From the NCBI GenBank assembly GCA_951406725.2, contig OX597823.1, positions 115,444,001 to 115,508,000 on the forward strand: a DNA stretch of 64,000 nt. Reading direction: 5' to 3'. The DNA comes from Octopus vulgaris. Its lineage: Eukaryota. This document shows, one piece after another, positions 1 to 12,680 of this stretch. Positions within the stretch are counted from its first letter, which is position 1. Each line of letters opens with the position of its first letter. The translations under genes and the position numbers were made by a program. A model generated the notes under the pieces. The model worked only from the letters and a program-made list of their open reading frames with translations. It ran no database searches and was not told the DNA's origin.

Positions 1-38
1 CGAGGCTGTATAGATATTAGAGCATTTATAGATGGAAG

Positions 39-97
39 GTCTTACAGCTGTTTCTAGGATATTAATTAATGATAAATAATATCCCTTCATCTGAGAC
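39..97 (-). ncRNA. Minimal type I hammerhead-ribozyme-like motif (core variant CAGAUGA) at the end of a Penelope-like remnant
   Basis: Minus strand reads GTCT-CAGATGA-AGGGATATTA..TAATATCCT-A-GAAA-CAGCTG-TA-AGAC: stem I GTCT/AGAC, long stem II, palindromic stem III, one core change (U4A). Confidence 0.65.
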
Positions 98-99
98 GG

Positions 100-400
100 T
101 GTGAGAGGAAAAATTAAGTCGTAGTTAGTTTCGATGTGATACAAAATAGAGAGTGAGGTGGAGGAAAGAAAATAGATGCAAGATATGTATGGGTATTGAA
201 GTTGCAAATCCGTTTTCTAGGCATAATGGTATATATGTATATTATTTGAATATCCTTTGAGTAAAATCCAAAAGTCCAACAGAGTTTAACATGAGTCCAT
301 CCAAATGTAAAGTTTATAAGCAATGTAAGATTCTCTTAAAGTTGGTAATTCCAAGTAGGGAATTTATATAGAATGTAGCAGATTCAAGGTTTGTGTTTAA
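100..400 (-). mobile_element. Decayed Penelope-like element (PLE) ORF C-terminus/3' region
   Basis: Frameshifted minus-strand translation (NLESATFYINS / TWNYQL / LRESYIAYKL / GLMLNSVGLLDF) resembles the post-GIY-YIG end of PLE proteins and is followed by the hammerhead-like motif. Confidence 0.4.
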
Positions 401-599
401 ACTGTATATATATATATATATATATATACGTATATATATGTGTGTGTGTGTGTGTGTTAAAGAAGGTTGTCTGATTGTTGTGTAAGGCTGGAACAATGTG
501 AGAAAGTACAAAGTAAACTACTAAAGAAAAGGTAAAGAGAACGAAACAGAGTTGCAGTTTTACCTTGTATATTTCTATATCTCGGGGTGAAGTCCACAC

Positions 600-838
600 T
601 GGTCAAATCCTCGAGGAAAATTCTGTCGAGAAAAATACCCCAGAGATCACCGTGAGGTACACACTCACCAACTGCCTCATCCGTCGCAGAATTACACATT
701 TTTGCCAGCTGAATGGACTGAAGCAATGTGAAATATAGTGTTTTGCTCAAGAACACAAAGTATCCCCCAGGTCCAGAAATCGAAACCACTCTCTGAGGAT
801 CATGAGTTCAACACTCTAACCACTAAGCCACGCGCCTG
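600..838 (-). mobile_element. tRNA-derived SINE, family C
   Basis: Minus strand: A-box-like TGGCTTAGTGG, B-box-like GTTTCGATT, then TGTTCTTGAGCAAAACACT; related copies at 1912-2157, 3735-4060, 26777-27070, 39427-39745. Confidence 0.7.
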
Positions 839-1358
839 CGCTATGTATATGTACACCCGCACAAATATCCTAAGCCTTTTGTGGATGAAAGTACTCGTTA
901 TTAGTGTAGGTTAATCATTTAATGAAAAAAAATTAACAATATTTAAAAGGGTTAAAATCACTAAAAAATCTTTTTAAAATGTATTGACTGTAAAATACGA
1001 AATAACATTTTTAAAGAGAAATTCTCCTTGTTCTTGCACTAGAAAATATTTTAACCGGTTGTAAATAACTTCGATGAGCAATCAGAACTCTTTCAAAGCT
1101 TTGATGTTATTGATGTCTTGAAGAACTTTTTCTTTTAAAGAAATTGTAATTTCGAAGAAGTATTCGCTTGATAGTCAGACATATGAAATACGATCCTCAA
1201 TAAATGATTTTTGTCATATCTTTACTTTTATGATCAACTTTGTTGTACAATATTTCTTTCCTGCTAATACATACATGCATGCATGCATGCATGCATACAT
1301 ACATACATACATACATACATACATACATACGTGTATGCATGTGTGCGTGCGTATATGT

Positions 1359-1502
1359 GGGATCGTAATTTAGCGGTTCGGCAAAAGAGACCGATATAAT
1401 AAGTACTAGGCTCACAAAGAATAAGTCCTTGGGTCGATTTGCTCAACTAAAGGCGGTACTCCAGCATGGTCGCAGTCAAATGACTGAAACAAGTAAAAGA
1501 GT
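1359..1502 (+). mobile_element. SINE family A, 3' part
   Basis: Matches the family A tail ...AAGGCGGTACTCCAGCATGG...CAGTCAAATGACTGAAACAAGTAAAAGAG. Confidence 0.85.
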
Positions 1503-1911
1503 ATTTATTTAGTTATCTGTGGGCTCAAAAAAGACCTCACTTTTGGTGGTATGGCAAGTGGTTTGATTAGATGACTTAAAGCATTCAATCGGCACGAACT
1601 GGTATGGTCATATGACCACTTGTAGAAAACAGGCTAAATTCGCCGATTGCCAACTGTTTAAGTCTAGGCAGCCAAATAATAAACATAGCATCTGCTACAA
1701 GGGCAATAATGACGAAAAACCGTAATCAATTTTCAAACCTTAAGTGAGTTCCCATCGGGGGTATCTACCCGACTTAACCTATCCCAGAGAAACAAGCCGT
1801 CAAAGTGTTTTCAAATAATGACTGCCATAGATAACTTTACGTTTTCATTTGCTCGCTTTTCCTGTTCCTTTGTCGTGTATTTAATCTCTGTATTTATATA
1901 TAAATAATAAA

Positions 1912-2157
1912 TGCGCCCTTTTAAAGCCTAGCCAGGCTCATGGGCCCGGTTTCCCGGTTTCTATGGCGTGTGTTTCCCAGATGGACGGGACGCCAGTCTA
2001 TCGCCGCATTACTCATTTTTGCCAGCTGAGTGAACTGGAGCAACGTGAAATCAAGGGTTTTGCTCAAGAACACAACGCGTCGCTCGGTCCAGGAATCGAA
2101 CCCACAATCTTACGATCATGGTACTGACACCCTAACCACTAAGCCACGCGCCTCCAC
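1912..2157 (-). mobile_element. tRNA-derived SINE, family C
   Basis: Minus-strand tRNA-like head (GGCGCGTGGCTTAGTGGTTAGGG...GGTTCGATTCC); 3' part shared with 26777-27070. Confidence 0.75.
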
Positions 2158-2468
2158 AATCTCTGTATTTGCTTAACGCTTTTCTGAAGCATATGTATAT
2201 TTGAGTTAAGACTATTACAATGCCTAAGCGAAATCTCATCACCGACACACACACACACGCGCACACACACACACACACACGCACACACACACACACACAA
2301 GCTACCTCTCTTTGGGAGAAGCCTTTTCAATAGTAACCGGGTGATAACATCATAATTCAAGAGGTTGGGACCCACCTATTTTTATAACAATAACATTATC
2401 TAAGATTATATCAAATGGCTTCCTCTGTGCGTGCGCGCGTATGTGTGTGTGTGTGTGTGTGTGTAAGA

Positions 2469-2507
<39 letters not shown>

Positions 2508-2594
2508 TCTGTGCGTGTGTGTGTGCATGTCTTTTGTCGACGCGAAGCTGAGTAATGGCCATAACAGAGCTATGCAATAATGTGTGTATATATA

Positions 2595-2627
<33 letters not shown>

Positions 2628-2815
2628 TCAGTGGAGGGCATGTTTGAGAATTCTGTCCCTACGAAACCTCACAGGAAGAGTGGGGCAAAGGAGCTGGATG
2701 GATGATATTTGTGTTATTAAGCCGCAGGAAACTACGTTAGACTCTTAACAGACCATGGTTCAGCTCTACAAAGCATCAATGAAGCGAACCCTTTTTGATG
2801 TAAGCCCATCCGAGA

Positions 2816-3396
2816 AGGCGGCGAGCTGGCAGAACCGTTAGCACGCCAGGCGAAATGCTTAGCAGTATTTCGTCTGCCGCTACGTTCTGAGTTCAAAGTC
2901 CGCCGAGGTCGACTTTGCCTTTCATCCTTTCGGGGTCGATAAATTAAGTACCAGTTACGCACTGGGGTCGATATAATCGACTTAATCCGTTTGTCTGTCC
3001 TTGTTTGTCCCCTCTGTGTTTAGCCCCTTGTGGGTAATAAAGAAATAGGTATTTCGTCTGCCGCTCCGTTCTGAGTTCAAATTCCGCCGAGGTCGACTTT
3101 GCCGTTCATCCTTTCGGGGTCGATAAATTAAGTACCAGTTACGAACTGGGGTCGATGTAGGACGACTTAATCCGTTTGTCTGTCCTTGTTTGTCCCCTCT
3201 GTGTTTAGCCCCTTGTGGGTAATAAAGAAATAGGTATTTCGTCTGCCGTTACGTTTTGAGTTCAAATTCCGCCGAGGTCGACTTTGCCTTTCATCCTTTC
3301 AGGGTCGATAAATTAAGTACCAGTTGCGTACTGGGATCGATCTAATCGACTTGCCCCTCCCGCCAAATTTCAGGCCTCGTGCCTAGAGTAGAAAAG
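2816..3396 (+). mobile_element. Trimeric tRNA-derived SINE, family B (Deu/Nin-like central domain), with 19-bp TSD
   Basis: Three ~183-bp units, each with a B-box (GAGTTCAAA) and GACTTTGCCTTTCATCCTTTCGGGGTCGATAAA; flanked by GATGTAAGCCCAYCCGAGA at 2797-2815 and 3397-3415. Confidence 0.85.
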
Positions 3397-3510
3397 GATG
3401 TAAGCCCACCCGAGATCGCCCTTCGTTGTATGTTACTAGCTACATGTTTTAAAGCGATTTAAATTAAAACCTTCCATTAAATTTTCATACTAATTTATTT
3501 GGTATACACC

Positions 3511-3629
3511 CACTAGCATAGGTAGAGTGTATACCGTCCGTTTGCCGCACCCGGACCCCACAAAAACACATATTGCTTCAACAGACCCAAAAGTGCCGCC
3601 CCTGTTGCTCTCACTTAGCTACGCTAGTG
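3511..3629. mobile_element. 119-bp MITE with 8-bp TSD (hAT-like)
   Basis: TIRs CACTAGCATAG / CTACGCTAGTG; TSD TATACACC at 3503-3510 and 3630-3637; related degenerate copy at ~11075-11258. Confidence 0.75.
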
Positions 3630-3734
3630 TATACACCAGCTCAATGACAAAGTTATTTTACTTAATTCTTCGTTATTTTCAAAATCAATTGGCACAAAGG
3701 CAGTGTATTCCAGCAAATATATGATAAATAAAAG

Positions 3735-4060
3735 CTCAGTGGTTAGAGCGTCAGACTGACACTCATGAGGTAGGGAGTTCGATTTTCGGACCGAGCTGTG
3801 CGTTGTGTTCTTGAGCAAGACACTTTATTTCACGTCACTCCACTTCTCTCAGCTGCAGAAATGAGTTGCGAAATCACTGGCACCAAGCTGTATCGGCCCC
3901 TTTGCCTTTCCCTTGGATAACATCGGTAACATAGAGAGGGGAGGTTGGTATGCATGGGCAACTGCTGGTCTTCCATAAACAACTTTGCTCAGACTTGTAC
4001 CTTGGAGGGGATTTTTCTGGGTGCAATCCCATGGTCATTCATAACAGAAGGCGGTCTTTC
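3735..4060 (+). mobile_element. tRNA-derived SINE, family C
   Basis: GCTCAGTGGTTAGAGCG...GAGTTCGATT head followed by TGTTCTTGAGCAAGACACTTT. Confidence 0.7.
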
Positions 4061-4139
4061 AGCCGTCTGAAAGATCATTATTTCATTTTGTTCATTCTAC
4101 TCTATAATCATTCATTGTATTAGTAGATATGGGTCTGTC

Positions 4140-4450
4140 AGCCAGAGAATACCGTCTCAGGGAGGTGCTCTAAGTATAGCCACTACTTCTCCGAATTGAG
4201 ATGTCACAGCTCCGATTCTACGGAGACATAGGAAGAATGTCTCGGGAAAGAATCGCTGAACGAGTTTTACGTGCAAACCCCCCCCCCCCCTCAGGGGTTG
4301 ACCACGAGGAGGATGGTTGGTTAACATCAATGAGCTCGATTAGAGATTGGAGATTCAACTATTTGGAGATTGGAGGCTGTTGCTTCTGACAGAATACGAT
4401 GAAGGGCATGGCTGAAGACTCTCCTCCCTCGACCCTTCAGAATGAAGTGA
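4140..4450 (+). mobile_element. Decayed RTE-like LINE ORF C-terminal fragment
   Basis: Translation LRIEMSQLRFYGDIGRMSRERIAERVL resembles the RTE 'RLRWFGHV.RM...R' motif. Confidence 0.5.
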
Positions 4451-5271
4451 GCAAAGAAGATAACAGGACATGATGTGGGTCGGTTTTATTACAAAGCAAC
4501 GTTTGGAATCGGTCTTTGAATATTTCTCTTATAGAATCTATTTTCGTTTGCTTTATTTTACACCTAGCTTAATTTCTTGAAGTTGTAAATATTTTCAAAC
4601 GTATACTTAATGTATCTGCCTTTTAATTTCATCACATTTTATTCTTCTCTTTCTTAAAAGCAAACACAATGATTTTTTTTTTTTTTTGTGATTTCTTTCA
4701 AAGAAATCCCCATGCTTCTATGGTTTCTGCGTGTTTAATACATATTCTTCAATTCCTCTGAAAATTCCACAGAATCTCTGGTTTTTGTTGCTATCATCAC
4801 TGACATCTTTGCAATCAATACTAACTGAATTAATGAAATACTGACTTACACATGCATACATACATACATTATGTATGTATCTATGTATGCATGTATGTTT
4901 ATATGTATGTATATGTTACTGGCGTGCTGCTGTTCAATTGTATTTTCATAATCTCGTTTCTGTATTAGAAAACACTGCAAGAATTTCATATTGCAGCTAA
5001 TTATCAGCAACTACTCAGGAATCTATCTAGTGGAACAGGAAATTGCTGCTGATTTCATTAGAACGATTTTAGACCAACATATTCTTTCGTCTTCCTTAAC
5101 TAATAAAAGAAACCACCACCATCATCATCATTATTATTATATTCAAGCATTTTTCTGTAGTGAGCTGAAAGGAACGCTGGCGCGTCGGACAAATTACTCA
5201 GCGGCGTTTCTTCCGGCTGCTTACGTTCCGAGTTCAATTCCTGCCGTGATCGACTTTGCCATTTGTCCTTC

Positions 5272-5410
5272 ATTCGCTGATGAGAACGAAGTTTCTAAAA
5301 TGCATTGAGAAATTCGAGGGGTTATATTGGTCCAATAGGAAAACGCTTGCCGTGGTTACGGGTGATGTGGGATCGAGTCCCACGGCGGCATTCGACCCTT
5401 TCTATTCAAA
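5272..5410 (+). repeat. ~138-bp dispersed repeat with tRNA-like core, copy 1 (copy 2 at 8012-8150)
   Basis: Similar to 8012-8150; A-box-like TGGTCCRATAGG and B-box-like GGGATCRAGTCCC. Confidence 0.65.
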
Positions 5411-5571
5411 GTACTGGGGTGGATGTAATTGACTTCCCCCCCTCCCCTCAAAATAACTGGCTTTATACCAAAATTGGAAATATTATTTTCAAATATCGAA
5501 ACAGCCAAACTGAATCATAATGCCGGCTCGTATACACACACACAGACACACACACACACACACACACATAC

Positions 5572-5728
5572 AGGCATGGCTGTGTGGTAAGAAGCTTGCT
5601 TCCCAACTCCATAGTTCCGGGTTCAGTCCCACTGCGTGGCTCCTTGGGCAGGTGTCTTCTACTATAGCCTCGGGTCAACTAAAGCCTTGTAAGTGGATTT
5701 GGTAGACAGAAACTGAAAGAAGACTGCC

Positions 5729-5775
<47 letters not shown>

Positions 5776-5995
5776 TTTGTGTCTGTGTTTGCTCCCCAGC
5801 CATCGTTTGACAACCGATGTTGGTTTGCTTACGTCCCCGTAACTTAGCGGTTTGATTTTAAAAAACCCGATAGAATAAATGCTAAGTTTACAAAGAATAA
5901 GTCCTGGAGTCGATTTCTTCGACTAAAACTCCTTTAAGGCGGTGCTCCAGCATGGCCGCAGTCACATGACTGAAACAAGTAATAGAATAAAAAAG
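5572..5995 (+). mobile_element. SINE family A, full length (tRNA head, CORE-like CCTTGGGCAAG segment, internal microsatellite, LINE-derived tail)
   Basis: A-box TGGCTGTGTGG, B-box GGTTCAGTCCC, internal (TA)/(TG)n; roughly 20 copies or fragments in the window. Confidence 0.9.
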
Positions 5996-6189
5996 ATGAT
6001 ATTCTTGTAGCTCTCGCTTCACCTCAGATTCTGTGCATTCGTGGAATATATAAACATTTATACGCACACATATATTCGCATTGTGAACGTACCCATGTAT
6101 CCAACCGTTCGTTATATATACTTGTATCTATTCAATCTCATGCACTTTCACGGATACATGTACATAAGCATGCTTGACTGAATTCATGC

Positions 6190-6285
6190 ATGCGTGGCTA
6201 TATACCCACCTGCATGTGTGGCTATATACCCACCTGCATGTGTGGCTATATACCCACCTGCATGTGTGGCTATATACCCACTTGC
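6190..6285 (+). repeat. 24-bp minisatellite x4
   Basis: Unit ATGYGTGGCTATATACCCACCTGC repeated four times. Confidence 0.9.
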
Positions 6286-6811
6286 TTGTGTATATACGAA
6301 CGCATGTCTGTTTGTTTCTTTAGTTTATCTTCCTGGTTTAAAATTTTTACATTTTATTCTGATCGACCGCCCACTCGTAAGCAAGTACAGAAAAGATATT
6401 TGATATTTATTTTCTATGTGCGACTACTCTTTTACACAACCATTCATCCTTTAAATTTTAAGGTGTTGCAGGTTATTTATTGTTCCAGGTATCGGGATCA
6501 TCTGCAAATTATCTCAGTATCTCGGATAATGAAATGCGAACGAATGAAATATGGAGTTACGATCTCTCTGCCAAAAATCAAAAATACAAGCATAACCACA
6601 AGTCGGATCTTGCTGAGTTGCTACGTATCCAGTTGCTCCAATAATAATAGGGATAATGATTAAAGTGTGTTTTGGGTACTGGATTTACTGGCTTCTTATC
6701 AAAGGTCCATCCATTTTTATTGATCCGAATCTTTTTTTTATCACCACATTGTTGTCGGGTGGACAACTGATTTTCACAACGGAATATGGTTATATTTTGT
6801 GATTCAGACTA

Positions 6812-6815
<4 letters not shown>

Positions 6816-6868
<53 letters not shown>

Positions 6869-6917
6869 ATATATATATGCATATATACATACGTATATGT
6901 ACATACTTACATCTATA

Positions 6918-6961
<44 letters not shown>

Positions 6962-7120
6962 TATATACATATGTGTATATGAATATATACATATGTGTAT
7001 ATGAATATATACATATGTGTATATGAATATATACATATGTGTATATGAATATATACATATGTGTATATGAATATATACATATGTGTATATGAATATATAC
7101 ATGTGTATATGAATATATAC

Positions 7121-7172
<52 letters not shown>

Positions 7173-7175
7173 GTG

Positions 7176-7257
<82 letters not shown>

Positions 7258-7366
7258 ATATATATATATGTATATATATAGGTGTATATATATATATATG
7301 TATGTATATATATATGTATATATATATGTATATATATATATAGGTGTATATATATATATATGTATG

Positions 7367-7397
<31 letters not shown>

Positions 7398-7414
7398 GTA
7401 TATATATGTATATA

Positions 7415-7461
<47 letters not shown>

Positions 7462-7482
7462 ATATATGTATGTATATATATG

Positions 7483-7513
<31 letters not shown>

Positions 7514-7529
7514 GTATATGTATATATAT

Positions 7530-7569
<40 letters not shown>

Positions 7570-7570
7570 G

Positions 7571-7619
<49 letters not shown>

Positions 7620-7675
7620 TGTATATATATATATATGTATATGTATATATATATATGTATATATATATATATGTG

Positions 7676-7707
<32 letters not shown>

Positions 7708-7821
7708 TGTGTATATATATGTATATATATATATATATGTGTATATATATGTATATATATATATACATGTATATATATATATACATGTATATATATATAT
7801 ATATGCATATATACATAGGTG

Positions 7822-7858
<37 letters not shown>

Positions 7859-7893
7859 GCATATATACATACGTCTATGTACATACATCTATA

Positions 7894-7930
<37 letters not shown>
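6816..7930. repeat. Compound (CT)n/(TA)n microsatellite including a 22-bp higher-order unit
   Basis: (CT)n followed by ~1 kb of TA-rich repeat; ATATATACATATGTGTATATGA about x7 at ~6955-7125. Confidence 0.95.
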
Positions 7931-7933
<3 letters not shown>

Positions 7934-8329
7934 GGCACAGGACGTCATGAAGCGTGTACAACTAAAAATGTACGAAGCACGATATACATATGACGTGAAC
8001 TGCATATAATTCTCGCTGTTGAACACGAAGTTTCTAAGACGCCTAGAGAAATTCGAGGGATTATATTGGTCCGATAGGAAAACGCTTGCCATGGTTACGG
8101 CTGATGTGGGATCAAGTCCCACGGCGACATTCGACCCTTTCTAGTCAAAGCGTTTTTTAAATCCAATATTTAAAATTTGCTTCGAGATCCGCCGTTCTAA
8201 ATGCCAAACCACCGTTCCAAATGCCAATCCACCCCTTTCGAGGCGAATTCCTAGACATAGTATCAGACAGAATGCCTGTACTATTTAAATACAGCGAGTT
8301 CAAATCCTGCCAAGGTCAACTTTATTGAT

Positions 8330-8928
8330 TCTCAGTCATCTGGATTACTGCTCCCAACTGTGGTCACCGCAGAACGTGGAAGTGGTGACAGAACTGGAGG
8401 CAGTCCAGCTCCACTACACAGAGATTACTGACTCAGTGCAACAGATGAGCTACTGAGAGAGGGTAAAGTAACTGAAGCTGTATTCCCTAGAGAAAAGATG
8501 CGAAAGATTGGCAGTGATATCATACGGAAGATCCTGGAATCTAACTCCTAGCTTTGGAATTTAAAGCTATATCAGCTATTGAGTTGGACGGCACTAGACA
8601 GTACCAAAGATCCCGTCTTCTCCATCTACAATAGGGACCCAGTACTGTAACAGCTTGGGTTTCAAGAGTCCACAATTATTCGTCATTCTGCCAAACAACC
8701 TCAGAGAATTGCGCGGTGTAACTATGGAAGCCTTCAAAGAACGTCTGGGCAAATTTTTATGTGAGATACCCGAAGAATCCGCATCGCGGCAGGAGTCACA
8801 AAGAAGGGCAGCTCCGTCCAACTCGATTCTTCACCAGAAACAATACAGGAAAGAAACCCAACTACGCTAAAAGGCGGTGCCCCAGCATGGCCTCAGCCCC
8901 TGTCTAAAACCAGTAAAAGATAAAAGAT
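8330..8928 (+). mobile_element. CR1-group LINE 3' end (decayed RT C-terminus and 3' UTR)
   Basis: DYCSQLWSP...LEAVQ...SY*ERVK*LKLYSLEKR is typical of the CR1/L2-group C-terminus; ends AAGGCGGTGCCCCAGCATGGCC...CAGTAAAAGATAAAAGAT. Confidence 0.8.
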
Positions 8929-9189
8929 GTGTTTGTGTGTGAAGTTGTTGGAACGCATTTCACAAAAAAAAACCCGCCTGTTTTCAATATATGATTATCA
9001 CGGTGATAAATCTGCTGCATGATGTAATTTATAGTTTTGTGCAACAAACTCACCAAACATATTCAGTAGACGTCAAGAGAGATTCTTGAAAAAACAAAAG
9101 GAATTTCTGTGATTCCTATCTAAACGTTCCAACTCACAATGCTATGGAGCGTGTTAGAATATAACTCGTGATTATAAAGGAAATCGTTG

Positions 9190-10130
9190 TTCTTTTCAAT
9201 TGATTGACAAAGGCTGCCCTGTCAATATGGTTGTGTTGTTTGTTTGCTTTCCAGATCCTTCTTCAAAGTAGCTCTAGATCATTCTCGGTCGAGGATTTTT
9301 ACGATTTGGATGTGGTGCTCTTTCATGCATGCAGCATTCCGATTTGGGGTTTAATGCAAGTTCGCCACTCGTAGCCCCGCGTTCCAGTAATTTCTTCCGA
9401 CATCGAAGATTTTTGCCTTAACGCTCGCAGTTCGTGTTGGTGCTTCTTGTCGACTGTTCCTGTAGATCAGTGGTTCCCGAACATTTTCGGGCTGCCGCTC
9501 CCTTGGCACCCAAGCCTCATCCCTAGCTCCCCCTCCTCACTCACCACCACAAACATAGACCACTTTCTGATAGAAATTAAAACTATTTCACAAATAAAAC
9601 TTAATCTAATCAACCCATTATTTTGAAGGTTTTTTTTTACATCCATCGCTCCCTTTTGGTCACCCTATTATCGTCCTACTTTCCTTCGAGACCCCTCCCC
9701 CTGGATCTTCCCCCATCCTAAGGGATCAGTACTGCCCATATTGGCAACTTCTGCTGTAGACCTTGGATAGTCTTTCATACAGTCGCAACTGATGGTTCAT
9801 GAATTTATTATCCACTTTGCATCATTCAACCATAGTAACTAATCGCCCAATATTTTTTTCCGGGTCTGTCGTCATTTGTCTGCAGCAAGGTCGTCCATAT
9901 TGGTTGTGCTTTCTCATTGCAATCGATCTCCCAGACTTCCTTCATCTGTTGGCAAATGGTAACTGCAACACAATAGAATAAGACATTCAATAGCCTAAAG
10001 ATGTGAGATTCAATTTGTGCTAAGTGTTCTTTAGCAACTCCATCGATCCCGGATAATATCAAGTCGTTAGGTTTTGCTCCTATCGACTCGTGACATAAAT
10101 CGTTCTTTCATGAAATTGTCTGTTCATCTA
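9190..10130 (-). mobile_element. Highly decayed RTE-like LINE fragment interrupted by a MITE
   Basis: Weak RTE-like motifs on the minus strand (QIESHI..., GELALN..., HIDRAAF). Confidence 0.35.
9468..9753. mobile_element. hAT-type MITE with 8-bp TSD
   Basis: Termini CAGTGGTTCCCGAA / TTGGCAACTTCTG; TSD CTGTAGAY at 9460-9467 and 9754-9761. Confidence 0.75.
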
Positions 10131-10653
10131 AAATGGTGCAGTTTCCTTTAAATAGATGCACGCCTCTTTCTTTCGTTTCTCTTTCTCTTCTTTCATTATT
10201 TCTTTTCTTCCTTCCTTCGTTCTTTTCTTTCTTTCTTTTTCATTCTTTCTTCTTTCTTTCATTGCTTCCTTGCGTTCTTTCTTTTTTCCTTCCTTCCTCC
10301 TTTCCTCCCTCCCTTCCTTTCTCTCTCTCGCCAGTGGAGTAAGAACCGGATTCTAGCCTAGAAGTTAGGCTTTCAATGTAATTGAGACAATACCAACAGG
10401 CGTATTATGCAGATACCTACGTATACACAGAAACCCGTATGGATGCGGGCATTTACATGTTAAGCTCATATTACCTGCTAAATTTCTTGAATGCCTCACA
10501 TATTTTTATAGTGTTTTCGATAGCTTGTGGCTGTAATCTCGTGATTAGACATATACTTTGTGGTTTTAGGGAAACTAACTTTTCAAGATAGATATTGAAG
10601 CAGTTCCTCATGTAATCAAGTACTCGTAAAACAATGGGTAGAAATTTAATTTC

Positions 10654-11044
10654 TCTATATACATAAAACTGAAGTTGTCTGTGTGTGGCAGGTTTGGTAG
10701 CCTTCAACTAACACTATCTCCTTCGAGACCCTGCGGCACAAGTTGACCAAAATTGAGAGTATGATAGAAGAAGCCTTGCTCTTCCTTCCGTAGAAGAAAA
10801 AATTCAAATCAGACTATGTTAACACCAAGAATTATTTACATCAAAAAGGTGCATTTTTTTCTATAAAAATCCCTATTTTTTTCGATTTTTTGACTGCTGT
10901 GTCGCCATTTTTCGGTGTATTTCAACCAGAAAATTGTTCACTTAGAGAGAATAACAAGCTACATCATGCAAAATTTTTACTTTTCAAAAATTCCAATTCT
11001 AAAGGGTCGGAACAAACCCGAGCAACGCCGGACGATACTGCTAG
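10654..11044 (+). mobile_element. Non-autonomous Helitron
   Basis: 5' TCTATATACATAAAA; subterminal hairpin CCCGAGCAACGCCGG (11017-11031); 3' CTAG followed by T; no TSD. Confidence 0.75.
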
Positions 11045-12002
11045 TACTGAATAGAATAACTGCTGGTTTCTCATCAGTTCAGCATAGCGAGGGAGTGTAC
11101 CGCCTGGGGCACCCCTTCCGTTTGCCACCCCCGGACACCACAGACACAAAAAACAAACACATTGTCTACAGCAATAGCCTACAACAGGTTGAAAAATTCT
11201 ACCCCTTTAAAAGTGCCGTCCGGGTCGGACCGCCTCTCTCCCGTCAGCTACGCTAGTGGATGCTTTTATCCCCGCTTTTCATTAATCTCAGTTGCTGTAG
11301 AGCTGCATCAGCGACCAAGGTTGCCATTGTGTGAAGGAAAATTTGGACATCTCTTGAAATTAATTTAACTCGCTGAGTACGTAATTAAATTTCATGGCCA
11401 TTGTCGTTGTGATGTTAATTATCCTCTAAAAAAATTAGAACTGATATTCTCTGTTTCTGCAATACATTTTCGGCATCTCTTGTAGATACTACGGTTTTCG
11501 ATGTCCACTATTAAAGGTATTCAATTCTTACTTTGCAGAAAGATATTTCATGAACTATGTGGGGGAAAATAAAAGAGAAAACAAAAAACAATAAAGAAAA
11601 TCTGAAAACATTGTATATTGTAAAAAAAAAAAAGTGTTACTGGGGGTGGGGTGTCTCTTCTTCTCGTAGCATAATGTTAGTTCCCTCTATCTCCCACTAA
11701 GCCATGGGGGTTAAACTGCTTTCCACAGTTAACGGTACTAAAATTTTGAGCGAATACATATTTCTGTGTTCAAAGGGTTCAAGTGAATATAATAATTATG
11801 TGTCTTGCAAAATGGCGAAAGGGGCCCCTCGACCTTCTCGTTGTTTGTATAATTTGATACCGTCATCTCCATTCCTTTCTTTGTTTGCTTGCTTCCCAAC
11901 CACAGAGTTCCAGGTTCGGTCCCACTGCTTGGCACCTTGGACACACACACATACATACACACATACATTTGTGTGTGTGCGCGCGCGCGTGTTGTATATA
12001 TA

Positions 12003-12038
<36 letters not shown>

Positions 12039-12047
12039 TGTATGTAT

Positions 12048-12680
12048 AGGCGCAGAAGTGAGTGCGTGGTAAGTAGTTTGCTTATCAACCACATGGTTCC
12101 GGGTTCAGTCCCACTGCGTGGCACCTTGGGCAAGTGTCCTCTACTATAGCCTCGGGCCAACCAAAGCCTTGTGAGTGGATTTGGTTGACGGAAACTGAAA
12201 AAAGCCCGTGGTATATGTGTGTGTGTGACTTTGTCCCCCCCCCCCCCATCCCAACATCGCTTGACAATCGATGCTGGCGAGTTTACGGCCCCGTAATCGA
12301 GCGGTTCGGCAAAAGATACCGATAGAGTAAGTACTAGGCTTACAAAGAATAAGTCCTGGGGTCGATTTGCTCGACTAAAGGCTGTACTCAAGCATGACCG
12401 CAGTCAAATGTCTGAAACAAGTAAAAGAGAGTATACAGTATATATATATATATGTGTGTATGTTTGTGTGTCTGTGTTTGTCCCCCTAGCATTGCTTGAC
12501 GACCGATGCTGGTGTGTTTATGTCCCCATCACTTAGCGGTTCGGCAAAAGAGACCGATAGAATAAGTACTGGGCTTACAAAGAATAAGTCCCGGGGTCGA
12601 GTTACTCGATTAAAGGCGGTGCTCCAGCATGGCCGCAGTCAAATGACTGAAACAAGTAAAAAGAGTAAAAAGAGAGAGTA
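12048..12680 (+). mobile_element. SINE family A copy plus a tandem 3'-half copy
   Basis: Full copy 12048-12430, followed by a second 3' half at ~12450-12680. Confidence 0.85.

Noticed and set aside
3735-3800. Genuine tRNA genes (here and at other SINE heads)
   Set aside because: A/B boxes present, but no complete acceptor stem; each continues into SINE body sequence.
6190-6663. 157-aa ORF
   Set aside because: Starts in a 24-bp minisatellite; remainder has no recognisable motif or splice support.
6804-8009. Long YI/HI/VC-rich ORFs (also at 14.0-14.9, 23.6-24.8, 32.4-33.6 and 43.8-44.6 kb)
   Set aside because: Translations of (TA)n/(CA)n microsatellites, open in several frames on both strands.
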